A DNA stretch of 62,223 nucleotides, the filler included, from an uncultured bacterium (GTDB lineage: Bacteria > CAYJOG01), in the NCBI GenBank assembly GCA_964371695.1. It is 15 parts of 15 records of this genome, joined end to end, with 100 filler letters (N's around TTAATTAATTAA, not from the genome) between each part and the next. Parts side by side here need not be neighbours in the genome. Positions count along the whole stretch, not along the records: positions 45,878 to 49,915 come from CAYJOG010000329.1; positions 50,016 to 54,029 come from CAYJOG010000330.1; positions 54,130 to 58,131 come from CAYJOG010000331.1; 12 more parts are not named here. One strand, 5' to 3'. This document shows, piece by piece, positions 47,523 to 57,229 of the stretch (position 1 is its first letter; every line of letters begins with the position of its first letter). A program made the translations under genes and the position numbers. The notes under the pieces were generated by a model that was not told the origin of the DNA, made no database searches, and saw only the letters and a list, made by a program, of their open reading frames with translations.

Positions 47523-48583
47523 ACCGCCAAAAATATTTCGACACGACCCATTTCGAGGCCGAAAAACAGGCGGTTTTTGCAAAGTCCTGGTCTTTTGCCG
47601 GTCACGAAAGCCAGTTTCGCCAGCCTGGCAGCGCGTGGCCGCTGCAAAACGCAGCGGGAAACTTTCTGCTCACCCGCGCCGCCACCGGCGAACTCAGGGC
47701 CTTTCACAACTGTTGCCGCCACGTGGGCATGGCCCTGCTGCAAAAACCCTGCACGCCCAAAACAGGTGAACTCACCTGCCCCTATCACGGCTGGCGATAT
47801 GGCCTGGATGGCGCGCTGAAACACGCCCCCATGCCAGAGGTGTTCAAATCGATGCGACCCGAAAAACTTGGCCTGGAACCCGCCACGCTGCTGAACCTGA
47901 ACGGCCTGTTGTTTGTTCACCCCCAGGCTGGCGAGCCGCCCGGCGAAGGGCTGGACACCCTGAACCAGAAACTTGCCGAGGCGGGCGCCGCAAACATGCG
48001 GCCGCTTTTTCATCAGCACCGCACTGTGGCCTGCAACTGGAAGGCCCCGCTGGAACAGGGTCTGGAGTGTTATCATGCCCTCACCACACACGCCAACACA
48101 CTGGCGCGTTATCTGGATTTCACCACCACCCGCCACGAAAAAATGGGCGAGCACCAGTTGAATCTTTACCGCGTGACCTCGCCGCCCTGGGCGCGCTGGT
48201 TTGGCCTCACCGCCGGGGCCGCGCCGGTGTTCCATCGGTTCCTGGTGTTTCCCTTCACCATGGTGAGCCTGCCCCTGCCGGGTCGCCACGTGGCGGTCAC
48301 GTCGGTCACGCCCCTGGGGCCGGGGTCGTGCCGGGTGGATTTCCTGTTCATGCACCGGCCCGGCCACGGGTTGCCCTGGCGCGTGGCGGGGGCCTGGCTG
48401 AGCGCGCTGGTGAGCCGGTGGATTTTGTGGGAAGACTTGCGTCTCCTGGTGGCGCGCCAGCAGGGGCTGGTGAGCGGCGAGGCTCCCTTGCAGGGGTTCG
48501 GCGCGCACGAAACCGGCGCACGGGTGTTCAACGAAACCGTCGAAAAGCGTCTGGTGCTGAAATCAGAAGGCGGCTCACGGTAG
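47519..48583 (+). CDS. Rieske non-heme iron oxygenase alpha subunit
   Basis: CRH...CPYHGW Rieske motif, NWK...ECYH....H iron motif, distal WED; ATGA overlap with the radical SAM gene. Confidence 0.9.
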   Translation: MNRQKYFDTTHFEAEKQAVFAKSWSFAGHESQFRQPGSAWPLQNAAGNFLLTRAATGELRAFHNCCRHVGMALLQKPCTPKTGELTCPYHGWRYGLDGALKHAPMPEVFKSMRPEKLGLEPATLLNLNGLLFVHPQAGEPPGEGLDTLNQKLAEAGAANMRPLFHQHRTVACNWKAPLEQGLECYHALTTHANTLARYLDFTTTRHEKMGEHQLNLYRVTSPPWARWFGLTAGAAPVFHRFLVFPFTMVSLPLPGRHVAVTSVTPLGPGSCRVDFLFMHRPGHGLPWRVAGAWLSALVSRWILWEDLRLLVARQQGLVSGEAPLQGFGAHETGARVFNETVEKRLVLKSEGGSR

Positions 48584-48801
48584 TTCATTTTGCGTAAGTT
48601 TATGCACGCCAAAATTGTTCCCTCTCCCGTGCTTTGCATGGGAGAGGGTGGCGCGTGAGTAGGGCGGGCGTCTCGCCTGCCTGAGCGCGAAGCGCGAAAC
48701 AGCCGGGGCGAAACATGGACAAAAAACCAAAAAATGTGGTTTTTGCTTTTTGTTAAACCCCTCACCCCAACCCTCTCCCCATTAAAGGGGCGAGGGGGCA
48801 A

Positions 48802-49830
48802 TCACCCGCCCTTGATTGTTTCATTCACCGTGCGCAAAAAACCCGCCAGACCCTCTCTGGGCTGGTGCTGCCAGTAAAGGTCAAACACCTCGCGGCTCGT
48901 GCGCTTGGGCACATAACCAAACTCCCGTTTGAGTTTTTCGTTGCCCAGCACGGGGCGGTATTTGAGAAACCGCACCTGCTCCGGCCCATAGGCCACAAGG
49001 CCACGGGGTTTGAGAAAACCCAGCCCCTCCTCCATCAACTTTGAAGGCACGCCGATGAAAGGTTTGCCCATGCGCCCGGCGATTTCCTTCATGGTCATCA
49101 CCCCGTCGCCCGCCAGGTTGTAAATGCCCGTGGCCCCCGTGCGCACACCCTTGAGCAGGCAATTCACCACGTCTTCGTCGCAGATGAACACAAAGGGCGT
49201 GGCGGCGTCGGCCAAGCCCAGCACCACAGGCCCTTCAAACAGTTGCGTGATCTGGTTCTTCACCGATTTGCCCAGAATGGTGCCGGGCCGAAAAATGAGC
49301 TGGCCCAGGGCGGGGTGTTTTTTGCGGTAATCCGCCAGCATTTCTTCTACCAGACGTTTGTGGCGCGAATAGGGAAACTCGTCGTTGCCACGGATGGGGC
49401 AGTCTTCTGTCAGCAGCGCAGCGTTATCGGCGTGATAACCATAGGCCGCGCCGCTGCTGGTGGTGATCACCTGCGCCACACCTGCCTTCACGCAGGCCCT
49501 GAGCACGTTTTCAGTCCCCTTCACGTCCACGTCATATTCCAGTTGCGGGTCGCTGTCTCCCTTGGGCGTGACGATGGCCGCCAGATGCACCACCGAGCGG
49601 ATGTTTTTGCCCCCGATAGCTTGCGCCACCGCCTGTGCATCCCGCACGTCGAGGGTGAGATAGTCCACCCCCGCCAGCCGCGTGGCGGGTTCCCGCACAT
49701 CGGCGGCCACCAGGGGCGAAGGCGGGTTTTCCTGAGCCGCCAGCGCCTGCACCAGCAGCGAGCCGACATATCCCCCCGCGCCGGTCACCAGCACGCCGGT
49801 TTTGTCTTTCTGATTTTTGGGAGCCACCAC
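48802..49830 (-). CDS. NAD-dependent epimerase/dehydratase (extended SDR)
   Basis: VTGAGGYVG, HLAA, TSSGAAYG, YSRHK. Confidence 0.9.
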   Translation of the reverse strand: MVAPKNQKDKTGVLVTGAGGYVGSLLVQALAAQENPPSPLVAADVREPATRLAGVDYLTLDVRDAQAVAQAIGGKNIRSVVHLAAIVTPKGDSDPQLEYDVDVKGTENVLRACVKAGVAQVITTSSGAAYGYHADNAALLTEDCPIRGNDEFPYSRHKRLVEEMLADYRKKHPALGQLIFRPGTILGKSVKNQITQLFEGPVVLGLADAATPFVFICDEDVVNCLLKGVRTGATGIYNLAGDGVMTMKEIAGRMGKPFIGVPSKLMEEGLGFLKPRGLVAYGPEQVRFLKYRPVLGNEKLKREFGYVPKRTSREVFDLYWQHQPREGLAGFLRTVNETIKGG

Positions 49831-50038
49831 GTCCGCCCCCTAACCCGCTGGTTCCTGGTGCATGTCCTTGAACACCTTCAGCGCAGGGGCCCACATGTGT
49901 TTGACAGGGTCCACGNNNNNNNNNNNNNNNNNNNNNNNNNNNNNNNNNNNNNNNNNNNNTTAATTAATTAANNNNNNNNNNNNNNNNNNNNNNNNNNNNN
50001 NNNNNNNNNNNNNNNCCCTTGCCCCAAACCGGAACGCT

Positions 50039-50749
50039 CTAAAAATCTTCGTCTTCGTTCAGGCCGGGCCGGGCCACGTTCATCAGACCGCCCCGGTCCA
50101 TCAGGTGGACTTTTGGTTTTTTGATGCGGATCAGGCCATCGGTCTCGAACTTGTTCAGATAACGGGTGCAGGTTTCCCGGCTCATGCCGCACAGGTCGGC
50201 GAGGTCCTGGTGGGTGAGGTTGAAGTGGAACACCTCGTGGCCGCTTTCGGTGGGCAGGGGAAAGTCATCGGCCAGTTTCAGCAGGGTGTGGGCCAAGCGC
50301 TGCTGGGTGGTGTAAAAAGTGAGCTGTTCAATCTGACTGTTTGCGGCCCGCATGCGTCCGCTCAGGGTCTTGATGATTTGAAGCGCGACTTCGGGGTGAT
50401 CCTTGAGGATGCCCAGCAGTTCCTTGCGGTAAATCACGAACACCTTGGCGTCGGTGAGCACGGTGGCGGTGGCCGAGCGCTGTTCGTCGTCCAGCACGCT
50501 CATTTCGCCGAAATAGTCGCCTTTTTTGAGGATGGCCAGAATCTTCACCTGACCGCCGGTGGCATGTTTGCTGATCTTGATCATGCCCTCGTGGATGAAA
50601 TACACCGCGTCGCCGGGGTCTTCCTCAAAAAAGATGGTGTGGCCCTTGGGATATTTGCGCAGGTGCAGCGACTGGCGGAAACGGGCCATTTCCTCATCGT
50701 TCAGATGCTCGATGAACAACGCTTTTTTCAGCGTACCTATGACTTCCAT
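50039..50749 (-). CDS. Crp/Fnr family regulator (cNMP-binding)
   Basis: FGEMSVLD..RSATA, LTHQDLADLCGMSRET HTH. Confidence 0.93.
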   Translation of the reverse strand: MEVIGTLKKALFIEHLNDEEMARFRQSLHLRKYPKGHTIFFEEDPGDAVYFIHEGMIKISKHATGGQVKILAILKKGDYFGEMSVLDDEQRSATATVLTDAKVFVIYRKELLGILKDHPEVALQIIKTLSGRMRAANSQIEQLTFYTTQQRLAHTLLKLADDFPLPTESGHEVFHFNLTHQDLADLCGMSRETCTRYLNKFETDGLIRIKKPKVHLMDRGGLMNVARPGLNEDEDF

Positions 50750-50750
50750 C

Positions 50751-51800
50751 TCAGATTGCGTCAACGATGCGGTCTCCTACCTGGCTGGTGGTGAGTTGGC
50801 CGCCGAGGTCCGGGGTGACGGCGTTGTCCTCCAGCACCCCGCGCACGGCTTTTTCCAGTTGTCGGGCATAAACAGATTCATTCAGGTGGTCCAATATCAT
50901 AGCAGCACACAACACCGCCGCCAGAGGGTTGGCCTTGCCCTGGCCGGCGATGTCCGGGGCGCTGCCATGCACCGGCTCGAACATGCTTGTGCCATGGGGG
51001 TTGAGGTTGCCGCTGGCAGCCATGCCCAGGCCCCCCTGAATCACCGCGCCGATGTCGGTGATGATGTCGCCAAACAGGTTGTTGGTCACCACCACGTCCA
51101 GGTCTCTGGGGCGGCGCACCATGTCCATGGCCATCACGTCTATATAAAGGTGATTGGCGTTCACATCCGGATATTCGGCTTTCAGCTCTTTGAACACCCG
51201 CTGCCACAGCCCGTGGCCAAAGGTGAGCACGTTGGATTTGTCGGCCATGGTGAGAGTTTTGCGGGGGCGTGTGCGGGCCAGTTCAAAGGCGTATTGAATG
51301 CAGCGGCGCACGCCCTTGTAGGTGTTGACTTCCTCTTGCAGGGCCACTTCGTCGGGTGTGCCCTGTTTGAGCACGCCCCCCACGCCGGCATAAAGCCCCT
51401 CGGTGTTTTCGCGCACCACCACCATGTCAATCTCTCCCGCTTTCACGTTCTTGAGGGGGCAGAGGCGTTCGTCCAGCAACAGCACGGGCCGCAGGTTGAT
51501 GTACATGTCAAAGTTGAAACGCATGGCCAGCAGCAGGCCTTTTTCCAGCACACCGGGGGCCACGCGGGGGTCGCCGATGGCCCCGAAGTAGATGGCCTTG
51601 AAGCCCTTCAGTTCGTCCTGCACCGTCTGGGGAAAAATCTCGCCGGTGCGCAGATAAAAGTCTGCCCCCAGGTCGAAATGGACGAACTCGAATGGTTTGC
51701 CCCGCAACTCGCCCACGCGTCGGAGCGCCTTCAGGCCCTGCTCCACCACTTCCTTGCCAATGCCGTCGCCGGGAATGACTGCAATCTGGTTATTGTTCAT
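50751..51800 (-). CDS. leuB: 3-isopropylmalate dehydrogenase
   Basis: PGDGIGKEV, NLRP, VRENTEG.Y, DKSNV, NLFGDIITD, FEPVHGSAPDIAG. Confidence 0.88.
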   Translation of the reverse strand: MNNNQIAVIPGDGIGKEVVEQGLKALRRVGELRGKPFEFVHFDLGADFYLRTGEIFPQTVQDELKGFKAIYFGAIGDPRVAPGVLEKGLLLAMRFNFDMYINLRPVLLLDERLCPLKNVKAGEIDMVVVRENTEGLYAGVGGVLKQGTPDEVALQEEVNTYKGVRRCIQYAFELARTRPRKTLTMADKSNVLTFGHGLWQRVFKELKAEYPDVNANHLYIDVMAMDMVRRPRDLDVVVTNNLFGDIITDIGAVIQGGLGMAASGNLNPHGTSMFEPVHGSAPDIAGQGKANPLAAVLCAAMILDHLNESVYARQLEKAVRGVLEDNAVTPDLGGQLTTSQVGDRIVDAI

Positions 51801-51875
51801 GTCGGCGGGAAGGCTAGCGGAAAACCCTTCGCAGTCCAAATGTCCGATTTGGGGCAAAAGAGAAGGGTGTCCGGT

Positions 51876-53891
51876 TTACCGCACCTTCAGCAGCTCATAG
51901 ATGGCCACGGCGTGGCTTTTACCTTTGACGGTCACCATTTCCAGGGGTTCCACGGTCACGTAGTCAATGACTTTGACGTAGGTGCTGTGGCTGATGATGG
52001 TGCCGCAACTGAAATCCTTGGTCAGTCCCTCAATGCGGGCCGCCAGATTCACGCTGTCGCCAATCACGGTATATTCCATGCGCCTCAGGTCGCCAATGTT
52101 GCCCGCGATCACCTCGCCGGTGTTCACACCAATGCCGATGCGAATCGGCTCTTTGCCCTCGCTGCGCCATTTCGCGTTCAGCTTGTCCACTTCCTGCTGC
52201 ATTTCATAGGCGGTGCGCACGGCGCGCAGGGGGTCGTCGTCGTGGGCCAGGGGAGAGCCAAAAACAGCCATGATGGCGTCGCCGATGTATTTGTCCAGCG
52301 TGCCTTCGTTNNNNNNNNNNATCACGTCCACCATCGCACTGAGATATTCGTTCAGCCGGGCGATGACCTCTTCTGGCGAGTTGCGTTCAGAGAACGTGGT
52401 GAAGCCCCGGATGTCGGAGAAAAGGATGGTGACTTCCTTCTTGATGCCGCCCACGCCGATCTGGCCAGGGTTTTTGAGAATTTCATCGGCCACCTGTTTG
52501 GTGACATAGCGGCTGAAGGTGTCCTTGACCAAGTCCCGCTCCCGCAGACCATCCACCATCTGGTTAAAGGCGAATCCCAACTCGCGGGTTTCGCGCCCGC
52601 CGCTGAGCACTTCCACCTTGTGGGTGAGGTCGCCCGCGCCAATCACCAGGGCCGCGTCGGCGAGTCGCTTGATGGGCCGGGCCATGCGTGTGCTCAACAC
52701 CAGGGCCACCAGCAAACCAGCCAGGAAGTAGCCCCCTGCAATGGAAATCATGAACCATTTGGTGCGCTCCTGGGCACGCAGAAAGTCTTCGATGGAATAA
52801 CCGATGCGCACCACGCCCACCCGCTTGCCTTCGTTTTCCACGGGCACGGCGATGTCCAGCACCGCCCGACCCAACACGGTGGCGTTCTGAATGCGCAGCG
52901 GGCGGCCCATCATCACCCTCAGCGCGTTGCGCCCCAGCAGGCTGCTCTCGCGGGAGCCTTCCTTGTCCTGCGCTTTTTCGCGGTTCATTCCCCGGCGGGA
53001 ATAAAACAGGATGGTGCCGTCGGCGTGCAGCAGTTCGGCGTATTCGATGTTTTTGCGGTCACCCACCATGTTGCCCATCATGTCCCGCACCCGCACATAG
53101 TCGCCTTCGCTCACCGAGGCGGCCACGTTTTGTGTCAGGCTGTAGGCAAAAGACACCATCGAGCGGACACGCTCATTCACCAGAAAGTTTTCGTGGCGCA
53201 CGCCCAGATAAACCGTGCCGATGTTCTCCTCGCCATAGGTCAGGCCAAAACCCAGGCCCGTTTTGAGCACCATGGGGGTAGACAGGTAAACCAGACCGGG
53301 TTTTTGAAGAGACGCCCGGAAAGCCTGCCGCAGGCGGCGTCTTTCCTGTTTGGCTTCGGGGGTGTTTTTTTTCAGTGCGGCCAGTTGTTGTCGCACGGCT
53401 TTTGAAACGGCCCGGCGGTGTGTCTTGAGATAATCCGCCACTTGGGTGGTGCTGGGCCTGCCGGTGGTTTTTGCCACGGCCTTCCGGGCAAATTCCTGTT
53501 CGGCCCACGAGGTCAGGTTTTCGCCCTCGTTCTGGCCATCCAGGTCAAAAAACACCTTCTGCCCGTCTCTGAGCAGAATCAGCACGTCGGCCACCTGCTG
53601 GTTGAAACCCAGGGTCTTGATGATTTTCTTGCGCACGGCGTCGTAGTCTTCCACCGACACGTCCGACACAATCTGGCTCACCAGGGTGTCCGACACCATG
53701 GCGAAGTTGTTTTCCACCTCACTGTTGTAAAGCTGGTTGGCCCGGCCCTGATAGAGCCAGAAGGCTGAGGCCGCCGACAGCAGGATGCAGGCGGAAATGA
53801 TGAACGAAAGCTGGGTGCGCACCGACATGACAGGCCGGGCGCGGTCTTTGGGGGTTTCAACGGAAAGAGCGGGAGGGGCTGGGACGGCCAT
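51876..53891 (-). CDS. Membrane class III adenylate cyclase (TM-sensor-TM-HAMP-cyclase); 10-N gap at 52311-52320
   Basis: FSDIRGFT, DKYIGD, GIGVNTG, YTVIGDSVNLAAR, VKGK; HAMP domain before the cyclase. Confidence 0.92.
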   Translation of the reverse strand: MAVPAPPALSVETPKDRARPVMSVRTQLSFIISACILLSAASAFWLYQGRANQLYNSEVENNFAMVSDTLVSQIVSDVSVEDYDAVRKKIIKTLGFNQQVADVLILLRDGQKVFFDLDGQNEGENLTSWAEQEFARKAVAKTTGRPSTTQVADYLKTHRRAVSKAVRQQLAALKKNTPEAKQERRRLRQAFRASLQKPGLVYLSTPMVLKTGLGFGLTYGEENIGTVYLGVRHENFLVNERVRSMVSFAYSLTQNVAASVSEGDYVRVRDMMGNMVGDRKNIEYAELLHADGTILFYSRRGMNREKAQDKEGSRESSLLGRNALRVMMGRPLRIQNATVLGRAVLDIAVPVENEGKRVGVVRIGYSIEDFLRAQERTKWFMISIAGGYFLAGLLVALVLSTRMARPIKRLADAALVIGAGDLTHKVEVLSGGRETRELGFAFNQMVDGLRERDLVKDTFSRYVTKQVADEILKNPGQIGVGGIKKEVTILFSDIRGFTTFSERNSPEEVIARLNEYLSAMVDVXXXXNEGTLDKYIGDAIMAVFGSPLAHDDDPLRAVRTAYEMQQEVDKLNAKWRSEGKEPIRIGIGVNTGEVIAGNIGDLRRMEYTVIGDSVNLAARIEGLTKDFSCGTIISHSTYVKVIDYVTVEPLEMVTVKGKSHAVAIYELLKVR

Positions 53892-54297
53892 GGGACGTTC
53901 TCTGCCGCTGGCGTGACTTGGGGACAGGCCAGACGGAGAGGGCGAATTATCGCCTAACCGGCAAAAAAGGGGAAGCCAGGGCGGGTCCCCCCGGTGTAGA
54001 CACCTGCCCCATTGCTGTCAGGTTTATGGNNNNNNNNNNNNNNNNNNNNNNNNNNNNNNNNNNNNNNNNNNNNTTAATTAATTAANNNNNNNNNNNNNNN
54101 NNNNNNNNNNNNNNNNNNNNNNNNNNNNNTTAAATTGGTGGCGTTTTTTTTTTTTTGCGCCAAGCGCCACATCCGGTGGGTGTGGGTGGGCCGCTGCCAT
54201 CCCAGTGGGGGGTTTGGGGGGCAACGCCCTCCATTTAAATCCATGAAAATATTTTTCAATGAGTTTGCGGGATTCTCAACACACCGGCTTGATTTTT

Positions 54298-54975
54298 TCA
54301 GACGCTGAGGGCCACACCCGTGCGGCGTAGCACTTCCTGCACCAGTTTCTCGATGCCGGTGGCGGCTTCGGCGATGTTGCTGGCGCACATATAGGCGCTG
54401 GTGCTTACCACGTTGTGGGTTTCATCCATGGTGATCTGGTCCACGGTGGTGTTTTCTGGTTTGTTACCGGTGGCGGTGATGGCCTGATTGGTTCCCTCGT
54501 CGCTGCCGATGGTCAGGGTCACGCCAGCGCCCTGCAGTGACATGGCCCCGACACTGGCGGGGCTGATGCAGATGAAACCCAGGGGTTTTTTGGCCTGATG
54601 CATGGCGGCCACCAGTTTTTTCACGTCCGGGTCCACCGTGCCTGCGCTGCCTTTCACGGCAAAGTCACTCAGGTTTTTGGCCGCGCCGAAGCCGCCCGGA
54701 AAAATCACGGCGTCCAGTTCCGCCACATTGGCCGCAGACAGTGCCTCCACCTTGCCGCGGGCGATGCGGGCGCTTTCCACCAGCACGTTGCGGGACTCTT
54801 TCATTTCTTCGCCGTTCAGGTGATTGATCACGTGCATCTGGGGTTTGTCGGGCGCGTACATTTTGATATTGACGCCCGCACGGGTGAGAAAAAGCAGTGT
54901 CAGCACGGCCTCATGAATTTCTGCGCCGTCATAAACACCGCACCCCGAAAGCACCACACCGATGGTCTTGGACAT
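54298..54975 (-). CDS. elbB: ElbB/ES1 glyoxalase (DJ-1 superfamily)
   Basis: LSGCGVYDGAEIHE, RNVLVESARIARG, PGGFGAAKNL, CISP. Confidence 0.95.
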   Translation of the reverse strand: MSKTIGVVLSGCGVYDGAEIHEAVLTLLFLTRAGVNIKMYAPDKPQMHVINHLNGEEMKESRNVLVESARIARGKVEALSAANVAELDAVIFPGGFGAAKNLSDFAVKGSAGTVDPDVKKLVAAMHQAKKPLGFICISPASVGAMSLQGAGVTLTIGSDEGTNQAITATGNKPENTTVDQITMDETHNVVSTSAYMCASNIAEAATGIEKLVQEVLRRTGVALSV

Positions 54976-55023
54976 GTTTCCCTCCTGAAAATGAAAAGGA
55001 AATTATAGCGGCGCTGCGTCGGT

Positions 55024-55662
55024 TCAGGCCTCCGGCAGAGGGTCTTCGGCGGGCGCGCCGGACTCTACGGGAACAGGTTCTTTTTCCGGCGATTCCAGTT
55101 CCGGGCTGGCGGGTGGCTCGGCGGCCTGCAGGGACTCATCCAGCAGTGACGCCAGACCGGTGTCCATGGGGGGCAGGTTGCCCAGGTCCCTGAGGCCGAA
55201 ATAATGCAGAAAATCGCTGCTGGTGGCGTATTCATAAGGTTTGCCCACGGTTTCACGGCGTCCGGCGATTTTGATGAGGTTCAGTTCCAGCAGGCGGTTG
55301 ACCACCGCGTCGCTGTTCACGCCGCGCACTTCCTCAATTTCAAAACGCGTCACCGGCTGGCGGTAGGCGATGATGGAGAGTGTTTCCAACGCCGCCACGC
55401 TGAGTTTGCGTTTTTCTTTTACGGTGAAAAATTGCTCGACAAAGGGCGCGTATTCCTCGCGGGTGAGCACCTGAAAACCTCCGCCGACTTCCTCAAGCCG
55501 GAGCCCCTGGTTTTCGTAGCGGGCAGAGAGATGGCCCACGAGATCCTTCAGCAGGTCTTCTTCCAGCTTGAAGAACTCCATCAGTTCCCGGTTGGTGAGG
55601 GGGCGGTTGGCCACATAAAAAAGGCATTCCAGGGTGTTGAGCAGTTTGTTGATGTCATGCAT
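55024..55662 (-). CDS. scpB: SMC-Scp complex subunit ScpB
   Basis: LSVAALETLSIIAYRQPVTR.EIE.VRGV, FL.YFGL..L..LP. Confidence 0.95.
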   Translation of the reverse strand: MHDINKLLNTLECLFYVANRPLTNRELMEFFKLEEDLLKDLVGHLSARYENQGLRLEEVGGGFQVLTREEYAPFVEQFFTVKEKRKLSVAALETLSIIAYRQPVTRFEIEEVRGVNSDAVVNRLLELNLIKIAGRRETVGKPYEYATSSDFLHYFGLRDLGNLPPMDTGLASLLDESLQAAEPPASPELESPEKEPVPVESGAPAEDPLPEA

Positions 55663-56482
55663 GGGGGGGTGTCTCCTGCGAAGGGGGCGTCTGGGAGGGC
55701 GCGGCCTGCGTTTCTGTTTCGGGTTCGGGCTGGCGGCTGTCCACCACGATTTCCCCAAAGGCCGTGTCCTGCCGTAGCCGAAGCTGGCGGCGGAAAATGA
55801 GTTCGAGAATCGAAAGAAACGTCACCACGATTTCGGTGCGGCTGGCCATGGGAGCGAACAGTTCGACAAAGCGGATTGGCCCGCTGGCGGACCTGAGTTT
55901 TTTCTGCACTTCTGCCATGGCATCTTCAATGCTGATGGATTCCATCGCCACCGAAAGCTCGGTGACCTTGGGAGCGCGCTCCAGCATCTGGCGCAGCACC
56001 CGCAGCATGTCATAAAGAGAGACTTCCTCCAGCAGGGTTTCACGATGGGTCGGGTCCGCCGGTTCCAGCTTGAAAAACCGTTTGCTCTGCACTGCCTCGC
56101 GGCTGCGCAGTTCCTCGGCCACGTTGCGGTATTTGGCGTAATCCATCAGTCGCCGGGCCAGGCGTTTTTCCAGTTCCTCTTCGGTGAACTCTTCCTCTTC
56201 GTCTTCGGTGAGGGTGAGGATTTGCGTGTTGGGCAGCAGCTTGCGGCTTTTCAGTTCCAGCAGGCTGGCCAGTTCAAAAAGATAGGTGCCTGCGATCTCC
56301 AGGTTGAGCGGCGCGCCGCCGCCAAACAGGAATCCCAGCACCTCCTGCACCAGTTGCACCAGCGCCAGTTCCAGCAGGTCCACGTCTTCGTGCCGGGCCA
56401 GGCGCACCAGTTCCCCCAGCGTCCCCTGAAACAGGGGTGATTCCAAACGAAATGATTCTGCGGGAAGGGTCATGTCGGACAC
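55655..56482 (-). CDS. scpA: Kleisin ScpA
   Basis: FQGTL..L, LELKSRKLLP, IVVTFLSILEL, QDTAFGEI. Confidence 0.92.
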   Translation of the reverse strand: MSDMTLPAESFRLESPLFQGTLGELVRLARHEDVDLLELALVQLVQEVLGFLFGGGAPLNLEIAGTYLFELASLLELKSRKLLPNTQILTLTEDEEEEFTEEELEKRLARRLMDYAKYRNVAEELRSREAVQSKRFFKLEPADPTHRETLLEEVSLYDMLRVLRQMLERAPKVTELSVAMESISIEDAMAEVQKKLRSASGPIRFVELFAPMASRTEIVVTFLSILELIFRRQLRLRQDTAFGEIVVDSRQPEPETETQAAPSQTPPSQETPPHA

Positions 56483-56488
56483 ACGTCG

Positions 56489-56512
56489 AAAACGCCTTCT
56501 AGTGAAGGCGTT
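56489..56512 (-). terminator. Possible intrinsic terminator between the LolA-like gene and scpA
   Basis: AACGCCTTC-N4-GAAGGCGTT hairpin ending in a short T run on the minus strand. Confidence 0.35.
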
Positions 56513-56533
56513 GCAAAAATTGAAAGGCGAAGC

Positions 56534-57154
56534 CTAAACCTGAAAGTGTTTTTTATCCAGACCGCTGTTGATTTTCAGATTCAATACTGACCAGTAACCC
56601 ATGGGTTTTTCAATGCCTTCTTCATACTCAGCATAGTAAACCGGGTCCAGATTTGACTCGGCCAGATACACCGTCTGATGTCCAGGTTTTTTCTTTTTGA
56701 TGGGGTAGGTGATTTTGTGGCAGGAGACGCCATTTTTTTCTTCCACGCCGTCATAGGTGGCCACGCCGTCTTTCAGCTTCTGGCCGGTGGCCTCCATCAG
56801 GGCCACCATGGCGGTTTCAGAAATCTTGTTGCCGCGTTTGTCCACCGCCTTGGGGTCGTCGGGTGAAATCACGATGGGCAACAGGCTCAGCAGGCCCGTC
56901 ATTTTTACGTGTACCTTGCCTCTTTTGAGGAGGATCTTGCTGCCTGGCTGGGCGCGGCTTTTGTAGTTGCCGTTGCTGGAGAGGGTCTCTACCAACAAGA
57001 GTTCCGGGTCTCGCAGGTAAATGTTTTTCATCTTGCGGAACTGGTGTTTGCTGTCGGCCTCTTCATAGCCCTCCACCTCGCAGGAGTAATCCTGAACCAG
57101 CTTTGCCTTGTCGAGAATTTTTTGGGCCAGTTCCTGAATGCCAGCGTTGTCCAT
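56534..57154 (-). CDS. DUF1571/LolA-like fold protein
   Basis: DYSC.....E, GLLSLLPI.ISPDDP.A...RG..ISE pattern; GGAGG RBS. Confidence 0.6.
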   Translation of the reverse strand: MDNAGIQELAQKILDKAKLVQDYSCEVEGYEEADSKHQFRKMKNIYLRDPELLLVETLSSNGNYKSRAQPGSKILLKRGKVHVKMTGLLSLLPIVISPDDPKAVDKRGNKISETAMVALMEATGQKLKDGVATYDGVEEKNGVSCHKITYPIKKKKPGHQTVYLAESNLDPVYYAEYEEGIEKPMGYWSVLNLKINSGLDKKHFQV

Positions 57155-57229
57155 GCGTTCCTCCGGTGAAAAAGTGGCGGAATTATAGCATGGTGCATCG
57201 GCCTGAATCGGCCAAAAAAGAGCAGGTGA

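Noticed and set aside
50559-53405. 948-aa plus-strand ORF (likewise 41761-43821, 58552-60321 minus, 37533-38987 minus, 10496-11890, 44422-45825)
   Set aside because: Antisense shadows of well-supported high-GC genes; no motifs of their own
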